NCBI GenBank assembly: GCA_001643675.2
Contig: LSRY02000020.1
Coordinates: 1,240,001-1,304,000 of the forward strand
Direction of reading: 5' to 3'
DNA: 64,000 bases
From: Monocercomonoides exilis PA203
Taxonomy: Eukaryota; Protista; Preaxostyla
The notes under the pieces are model-generated. The model did not search any database. It saw only the letters and a program-made list of their open reading frames with translations, and was not told the DNA's origin. A program made the position numbers and the translations under genes. Positions 26,570-35,500 of the stretch are shown piece by piece; the stretch's first letter is position 1; each line of letters opens with the position of its first letter.

Positions 26570-26965
26570 CCATCATTTCAAGTGATGATATTGTCAATCA
26601 CAATGAAGGCAAGTGTTTGTGAAGGAGTGGAAGTGGAGTTGAGGAGAGTGAGGGATGCTTCTTTGAATAGACAAAAGCCAAAGATTACAAACTCAATTGA
26701 GGCACATGGAGCTTGTTGTGGCCTGCCTCATGTATCTACATCACTTCTGCAATTTCCAACGATTTTTTTCTGCGCTATGAGAGGGAGCCAGCTATTGAAC
26801 AAATAACTATCTGCAGTTCCTTGATTCCATTTTCTTTTTGATTAAATTGTTGAACCATAATTCTAGAAGAAAGATTGGGTGATGATGCTTCCATTGAAGA
26901 ACACATCATTTCCTCAACCTCTTGCGGCTGTGATGTTGTCGAAGAAGCAGAATAATTTTCATTTC
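26570..26965 (-). pseudogene. Third beta-helix family fragment, alignable with 59110-59500
   Basis: Reverse complement reads FCFFD...G*GNDVFF.G...TQS...NSWLPLI...GRPQQAPCASIE, versus intact FCFFDGN..NGRGNDVFFSG..TQSPF..NSWLPLI..CGRPQQTPCATIE. Several stops. Confidence 0.8.
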
Positions 26966-27447
26966 AATTTTTAATTTCAACTCTTATGTAGATTTCATTT
27001 TGGTTTTTGATATTCAATTGTGAGAATAATCAGATATCCGTTTTTTATAAATTATGCATCAAACTAGTTTAATGGAATTCTTATCAACTTATTATTTTGT
27101 TTGTTTGCTTAATTAATATGTTATTATTCTGTTCAGATGAGATTTATTTAGCTTTCTTTTGCTCAAGTTTTTTCAAGTTATTTTTCTTTACGATAGAATA
27201 TAAAATTATTGTTTTTGAAAATGAGTTATTGTTTTATTGTTTTCATGTATTTGTAAAGATTTTTCTTTTCTTTTCTTTTCTTTCATTGAAAAAAAATAAT
27301 TTGTTCTCGGATCGAACGAAGTCTTTTTTCAAAAAGGATTATTTGCAAGCTCGGTAACGAACATTATCAAACCATCAAAAAATTTAAAGATGAAATGAAT
27401 GCTTATGAAACATTAGCAAATGAAACACACTAAAAGAAGTTCCATTA

Positions 27448-29001
27448 TTAGATTCCAGCTCCTTCTTCTCTGGCGTATCGTGAAGAAAGTCTTGGTCTGT
27501 CAATATGTTTAGCCATCATTTCAGCTGTGTCATTATCAGCATGAATCACACGATTCGAGCGGAGCTTCATTGGAATAAGCAGTGACGACGTTGCATATTG
27601 GGCAGCAGCCGAAGACGCTTTGTTTGAAGAATCGGTTGCCTTGTGGGATGGGTGTGTTTGATGCTCCACAGATTTTCTGTCATTTTTTGGAGAGCGCTCA
27701 ATGACCGAAGGTCGATGGTTGGGCGACGAGCGGCGTTGGCTGCGCGACTGCCGGCTTTTGTCCTCGCTCTGCTCTGCTTTTTGGCTTTTTCGAGCATTTT
27801 TTGCGTAATCAGCGGATCGGCGGTATCCATAGTTGTCTTTCTCTTCTCTTTCGTCTTCGCTTTCGTCTTCGTCTTCTCTGAAATACAGATGCGTCGGATA
27901 AGCTCTGCTCTTCATCAACGACGAACTTGGAGCTACCGATCGACTGAGAATCTGCCCGAACTGCCTGCTGTCATTTCCCTGGTCTCTTTGGCTGTAATGT
28001 GTTTGAAGCCATCTTTCCTCATTCAGATCGCTTCTCCTTTCATTGTCACTATTTCTGTTCAGAAGAAATCGATTATTTGAGTGTTCTTCTGGGTATTGCT
28101 GAATCTGGTCCTGCTCACGTTCTGTCATTTCCCAGTTCTGCCACATTTCGGTGATAGGAAGATATTTGCCAGTCATCTTTTTGTACAACTCAAATTCTCC
28201 ATCTATCCATTCTTTATGCTCCATTTTTTGTTCAAGCAACGGAATGCCTGTTACAAATAGTTGCATTGCGGTCAAGAATAGAGGCGCAATAATAGAGTAC
28301 CACTCTTTGTTTAGAATTGTCGAAGACGAGAGGATAAAAAGTCCCCAGATTGAAATAACATTACCAATAACGTTTGGATGCCTCATAAGCTTCCACAATC
28401 CTCCTTTAAAAATCCTTTTATTGTTTGACATTTTATTTCTGAATTTTTTAAGTTGAGAGTCAGATACTGTTTCCATTATAAAGCCAAGCAGCCATAAAGA
28501 TACTCCGAAAACATCTCGAAAAGCAATTGATCTTTGTTTAACATCTCTGATTGAATCAACAAGTGTAGAAGGAACGCAGTAAGCAAATGCCAGCATAGAC
28601 ATATACAAAGAATATACAAAAGATGCTCTTGATTTTTTCCTATTTCCATTCAAACGTTTTTTTGTTCTCTTTTCTGCAAGGCGCGACGAAAAATGAGAAA
28701 GCAATCTAACAGCCCAAGTTGATGTTAAAGCAAATAACAAAACCTTTAAAATAGAATAAAAAGTGCGAAAAAGAATAAAATTTAATATAATTAAGCCAAC
28801 CTGTCTTGCATGGAAAAACATTGATAGGCTAAAAGTGGAGCATAATGAAGCGAGTACAGAAAGAGGAAGAAAAATGAGTTGCGAATTTACTGATCTACGT
28901 GAATTTATAGCATAGCCAATAAAATTTATTGCAGATATTATTAATGCTGATACAATAAAATTGCTTTTAAGTAAATTATGTCCAAAAACAATTATAGACA
29001 T
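27448..29001 (-). CDS. DUF1295 / steroid 5-alpha-reductase-like membrane protein with charged C-terminal extension
   Basis: RQ..L....WAVRL, GFIMETVSDSQLKKF, GLWKLMRHPN..G...WG, GIPLLE. Probable in-frame intron at 28744-28800. Confidence 0.85.
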   Translation of the reverse strand: MSIIVFGHNLLKSNFIVSALIISAINFIGYAINSRRSVNSQLIFLPLSVLASLCSTFSLSMFFHARQVGLIILNFILFRTFYSILKVLLFALTSTWAVRLLSHFSSRLAEKRTKKRLNGNRKKSRASFVYSLYMSMLAFAYCVPSTLVDSIRDVKQRSIAFRDVFGVSLWLLGFIMETVSDSQLKKFRNKMSNNKRIFKGGLWKLMRHPNVIGNVISIWGLFILSSSTILNKEWYSIIAPLFLTAMQLFVTGIPLLEQKMEHKEWIDGEFELYKKMTGKYLPITEMWQNWEMTEREQDQIQQYPEEHSNNRFLLNRNSDNERRSDLNEERWLQTHYSQRDQGNDSRQFGQILSRSVAPSSSLMKSRAYPTHLYFREDEDESEDEREEKDNYGYRRSADYAKNARKSQKAEQSEDKSRQSRSQRRSSPNHRPSVIERSPKNDRKSVEHQTHPSHKATDSSNKASSAAAQYATSSLLIPMKLRSNRVIHADNDTAEMMAKHIDRPRLSSRYAREEGAGI

Positions 29002-29546
29002 TTATAAATGCAAGCTTTTATTTTAAAAAATATGCGTTGCTATACTAATTGTTAAAGTTCTTCAAATTTCATTTCCCATAGAGCAATATCACGTAATGAA
29101 TACGAATGAATAAAAGTTAGTGTTGAAACATTTAAATATGGGAACTTTCAAAAAAATAATTTGCTCAAGAGTCAAGTTTTCATTTATATTTGTAATAATT
29201 GTTCATTCATGTAATAACAAAAAATAGAAAAAATTAGAAAGGTTAGAACGATCAGACAATGTTCTTTTTATGTCTGTTTTCTCTGAACCAAGCACTATAG
29301 ACATTAAACTCGATCATAAATTGAGAAACATTTATTATTTATTTGAAATGATTATTTCTGTACGCAAAGATAATGCGATAAAGAATCGCACACAAAATTC
29401 TTTATTAAAGTGCACTTCTTTGACCGAGCAAAATTCAAAGTTCGAATTTGATTGTTGTTGCAATAATCATGAGGATAAAACGAAGAACGAACGTGCTAAA
29501 ACCAGTTTGAATTTTTATTTGTTTTAAATAACATTTTTATAATAAT

Positions 29547-32500
29547 TTGAACTGTAATGTTTTTCGAATAATTTTGAAAGAAATTGTAAGCAACGCTTCC
29601 ATTTTTGCAAAGGAATCACTTTCAAATAAGGTAGAAAATAGTGAAAATGAGTTTAAACTTTCTCGATCGTTGTCAATATCTGAATACAATGTTTCATGTC
29701 AAAATAAAAGCGCATCGGTATCTCCTGCATTTAAAGAGATTTTTGATGAGAATCCTACTTTTCATCATAAACAACATGCAATCGGAAACGTGCATAGATC
29801 AAAGAGCCTTTCTGAATCTCCAAATTGGAGTAATTCTTTTCATTTTGATATTGTGACAGGCTCAAAAAAGCACCATAGTGAAAAGAATCTGTTACTTTCC
29901 ATGCGTTCTTATAAAAAAATAAAATTAACGGGTGATGGTAAAGAAGATGAAAAATGTTCAAAATTTTCTGAAACAGATGATATAATTAGATGTAAATATA
30001 AAATTGACGAAATCCAAGCTCAAATGTCTTCTGCGAAGAAAAGGCACAATGATGCATCTATTTTTCATAGGAAGGATACATTGAATGGATCGTTTTTCTC
30101 CCTTTCACGAGTTTCTTCAGAATTAATCGCATTCAATGGTCACATTTCTAGTGGAAAGCAGTGCAGAAAACCGTCTACAAGAGACTGCAAATCTTTTTCT
30201 CCAAGCATGCTTCCACTTTCAATAAACAATTGGACTTTTTCCAAAGGATGTTCATTATCGAAGCCTTTACATAGCAAAAGATGCAAGAGTGAAAAAGAAA
30301 ATGTTCAGTTTCCTTCGTTGGTACGATCTTGTTCTCACCAACATTCGTTTTCTCTTCGCACTTCAAAGACAACTTCTTCTGGACCTCTTCCAAAGCTTCT
30401 ACACAGTTCTCTAGAATGTTTACACTTAAACAATGAACAAGAAAAAAGCAGAAGTGTATGCGAAATTGGGAGCAAAGAAAAACAAGAAGATATCATCACT
30501 CGCTGTAATTCAATGTCTAATTTCGATAATACCAAAGTAAAGCGCAGCGTGAGGACAGATCTGTTTGACGAACCAGATGATTCTTCAAAAAATTCAGTCA
30601 ATTCTTCAATTTTGATCCCATATTTCACTTCATGCCGTCAAGCTGTACAAAAGGAAAAATCTTGTACTTCTTCAGCGCCTGTGCGAATTCCTGATGGAAG
30701 TAACGATTGTGCTGAATTGAATGAGTTATTTCCTTTGGTGAATACCGCATCCCACAAAATTTCAAATCAAGCATATCACGAAAGGCTTCCAGCCGAGGAA
30801 AATAATAACTTAAAAGAGAAAAAAGTGGATGCAGCAAATAAACTCGCTATTGTGAGCAAAAATAATTCCGAAGCAGAAACAGATTTAGTCATCGAAAACA
30901 AAAGACGAAGAAACCAAAAAGTACAAGTGAAAAAACACCCACTTTCAGCTCCTGCTCGTTTGGTTGACATTTACTCAGCTGGGGAATTTCCTTTACACAT
31001 ATGTTTTCCTTTGGCATCATCTTCCAAATCAGGTTTAAAGGATGATTCAGTCAGGGTTTGCAGTGGAAGGAGCAATATGCATTGCGGTGATATTGAGGGG
31101 AGCAAGTGTCCGGTTTTAGATTCTTCTGGCTTCAATCAAAGCAACAGTATGTTCACAAACAACCACAGTAGCAATGATAACTGTGTTTGCACCGATAATC
31201 ATATTTGCATTGACAACTTCAAAAATGAAAAGCACACATATACAGACAATGTCAGAAGTGAACAATATGACCATAATTATTTACATAAAAAACAATGCAA
31301 TCAACATTATCCCATGAGCAGCGCTAACATTCAAAAAGAAAGGAAACTGTTTCCCAACGAGGAAAGTCCCTTTTATGCAAATGAAATGTCAGAACGTGGA
31401 GAGGCAGGTGAGCAGCAAATTATGAAACAGGAAGACAGTAAAAAATGTGCAGCGTTCGATATGTTCGCCGATGGTCATCGGCATCATGAAAGAACTCATT
31501 CCGCTTTTTGTGCAGATCGGATACCTGCTCATAAAATTGGAAGTGAAAAAAATTCACACACATTTTCTTCTCTTCCTCATTGGCAAGAGAAAAGCAAAAC
31601 GCATGAGGGAAAAAGTGAGTCAACGAGCAATCTATTTGCTTCGTCTGAAGCAAATAGTCTCCTCCAAGAGATGCAAGCAATACGAGAATCATACTCACAC
31701 AAATCTTCATCTGAGCACCACAACTCACTTCATCATCGTTCCTTCAATGATACGAAATCTGAAGGATTCGGAAATAGAGGAGATAAGAAATCTATGTGCT
31801 CACAGCTCACATCCCGCTCGGATGGACAGTTGGATCCGTCTGCGACTTCTTCAAAGTGTTCACAATTCGGATTGCAAGCATCACCTTCAGAGAACGATAA
31901 GAAAAAGTCACAGAAGAAGAGTTATCAATTAAATCAAGATACCAAAAGCGAGAATGGACTGACTTGCGTTTCCAGAGTTATTTCTCTTGCAAAATGCTCT
32001 TCTGAAGCATCGTTTTGCACATTTCACGGAAGCTCTTCTGCGGAATGCTTATCTTCTGGTTCATCTCTTGATGTCTGCCCTTCATCTCAAACACCAACAC
32101 TTGAAACGAGTTCGCCTAACGTGACTGTTTCTGCTTCTGCTACTACTTCTGCAGATGCACTTCCTTCTTCTTCTTCTTCTTCTTCTCAATCGATAAAGCC
32201 ATCTACCATTTTAACGGACCGTCTACCAATTGAAGAGGACACTTGCAAGAAGGGAGGTAGCCATATCAAGCACAATCCCAGCACACACTTCACACACTTC
32301 ACACACTCCACGCATGACACTCACAACACTCACAACACTCACAACACTCACAACACTCACAACACTCATAACACTCGCAACACTCACAAAAGCACCAAGC
32401 AATCGCAACAGGAAGATAAGCAATCATTTCACAAAAGCTTGATCGAGCCTTTGTCTCCTGCTAACAAACCTTCATCGAAGTCATCTATCACGTCAGATTC

Positions 32501-35500
32501 AGCTTCTGTTTCCTCCACATCTTCCGGTGTTTCTTCATCTTTGTCATCTCATACTTCTTCTTCTTCTTCTTCTGGTTCGATTTTTGAATCAGCTGCTCGC
32601 GTTTCAGTTTCTCCATCGATAACTTCTTCTTCAGAGTCATCGACCGTCTCATCTTCTTCCTCTTCATCCTCTTCTTCATCCTCTTCCTCCTCTGTTTCAT
32701 CTTCTGATTCATCTGACACACAATCTGACACTTCATCGCTCTTTTCATCATCTGCCTGGGCTGAAAATGAAGATCACGCTGCATCAACGATACAAGACAT
32801 AAGCAAGCAAATGAACAATAATTTTGTCCAGAAAAATGCAAACGTGCCTAAAGAGTTTGAAGCTAATTTGGCAAAAGATATTTATTTCCAGCAGCAGCAA
32901 CAAAGTTGGCAAAAAGGTGTACCACTGACAGGACAAAGTAATCCTGGAAAGACAGTCTCACTTCCACCTTTTCGGGTTTCTTCTCCAACTTCTTCGTCAG
33001 CGATGCAAGTTGCGCCTTCTTTTTCAGGCTCATATTCGGATTTGGCAAGCAATTCCAGATATAACACGTCTTTGCTTACAGCTTCTTCGCATTCAGTATT
33101 TGTAGGGCAACCAGATGTGAATGGTCATTTTGCAGAAAATTCATCTGTTCCTTTTGCCTCAAAAAATATTGAATCATCACAGCCTAATGATTTAAGAGCA
33201 AATAGTCTTTCTCCGATAGATTCATGTTTTCCTTCTATTCTCCTTTCTTCTTCCTCATCTTCATCTTCATCTTCATCCTTTGATGCGTCAGCTCCTTCAG
33301 GTGGCATTTACAATGACTCCATAACAGCTGTCGCACCTGCTTACAAAAATGCAAATGAAAAAGGAGCCGAAGCTCAACACTCAATGTCTTTCACTCATCA
33401 TCCTGTTTTTCAGGCTCAGCAAGTGCACGATATCTTCGAGCCGCTTCAGTTTCAACGTCTCCATCAAAACGAAAAGTTGCTTGCAAGCTCTGAAAGTGTT
33501 TCAGAGCCATTTTTGAACCCTCATTCATTTGGATCAAACTCACTTGCAGTTGCTTCTTCAACTTCTTCTGTTCATCCTTCTGTGAATGCTGCAACGAATG
33601 TTATTGTCCACCCCAGTGTTTACTCTTTAAACTCTCAAACAGGGATGAGTGAAAAGGCTGCACTTCAACACGATCCTTTGACCCCTGCTGCTTCATCGTC
33701 CTTAACTGAGTCCCAATCTGACAATCATTCAATACAGCCAATGCAATCAACAGTGCAACCGCAACAAATTTTGACTCAAGCAAATCCAATGCTTCAATCT
33801 TCGATTTCAACTCCGACTTCTTCAACCTTTAGTCTATCATCGACATCGTCAACATCATCATCATCAATTTCCCCTTTGACTTCTTCCTCGTCCCCTTCAT
33901 TTGACATAAGTGAATCTCTTTTGCTAAAAGCAGTGGATGCACCTGTGTTTGTTCCATCGGATAAGCACCAACATTTCTCACGTCTCCCTTCTTTCTCTTC
34001 ATCGTCAACATCATCATCTTCAATTCCTTCTTCTTCTCTTTCCACGCCATCGGTATCTTCATCTCCGTCTTCTGCATCTGAAGTCCAAGGAAGTTCAACT
34101 CCGCAAAACCCAACATTTTCATCTTCTCGAACAGTATCATTTTCTGGCAGTCGACCAACAACACCTTTACCGTTTAGATCTACCACACCAAATTATTCAA
34201 ACTTTGCGAAATCCAGCAATGATCTTGCATCCACTTCATATAAACCCTTTGTGCAAACAGGTTCGTCTTTTTCGCAATCATTGTTGGCTTCCTCAGAACC
34301 TCCGCAAAATTCTGCAGTTACCGCTTTTTCATCACCAAATATTTTGATGCGCAGTATGACTGATGCATCGATGCCTTCGCCTTTGTTGTCTTTTTCATCA
34401 GGATCTCCCGCATCGAACTATTCTTCACCTTCTTTTTCTCCTTTTGAATCTGCATCGTCTCCTCAGCTTGCATCTATCTTTTCTCCAGTTGGCCAATCAA
34501 AGCCATTTCAGCGTGCTGCAAACATACAACGCCATCAATCTGCAATTCCTTCCCGCCTTTCTCAATCAAGTTCATTTCCTTCGCCAAAGCTCGAAGCTTC
34601 TTCTCCGCTTTCTTCCTCTTCATCTTCATCTTCTTCACCGTCTTCTTCATTTCCCATGTCTCTTCAATCGAAACGTAATTCTCTGTTGATGGAGAATGTC
34701 TCTTTTTCTCACTTAACTTCTTCGCCGCTCCTTCCCCTTTCTTCGGACAGCAATTCTTTTGATTCGTCTGCTTCATTTGAAGCTCTTTGTTCGTCTTCCT
34801 CTTCTTCTTCCTCATCCTCATCCTCTTCTTCTTCTTTATTGTCCTCCGGCTCAACGGCAGCTGCATCAACTTTTCCTTCTGAACCGTATTCTCTTAACTC
34901 CTCTTCTCTTTCTTCTCTTTCTCAACAAGACACAAATCTTTCTAATTCATTTTCTGATGCCTCTTTACCACCTTTAATACGAAACTTGAGCTTCGCACGA
35001 AGAGCTTATAGTTCAAGCAGCAACACAGACAAGTCCAATCCTTCAAATGCACATGACGAAACGTCGCAATCTACTTATCCAGTTTTTTCTTCCCAACAAA
35101 AAAGCGATGCATTTTATGGATCTCAAAATCAATCGCTGAAATCTCCTGCTCCGCCGATGCTTCCTTCTCCTTTGCAGAATAATTCGCAGGCAACATCTGA
35201 AATTCCATTTGTTCAGCCCCAGTCTTTGAACTCGCCAATAGCAAGTGTTGGCATGAAAACTTCTTCTGCTTCGAATGTTACCCCAGCTTCTGGACGCTCA
35301 ACGCCTTTCCAGACTTATCCTCGTTCATCACCAAGTCCTTCACCTTATCCTCTGCGTTCTCAAATGCCTTCTCAACAGTCTCGCTCCTCGCTTTCATCCG
35401 TGAGCAACACGCAGTCGTCCTCTCCTCAATTGTCGTCTGTACCTCCTTCTCCTTTTCTTTCTTCTGTTCGTCCTAATCCTGCTCTCCCCGGCACTGGCCT

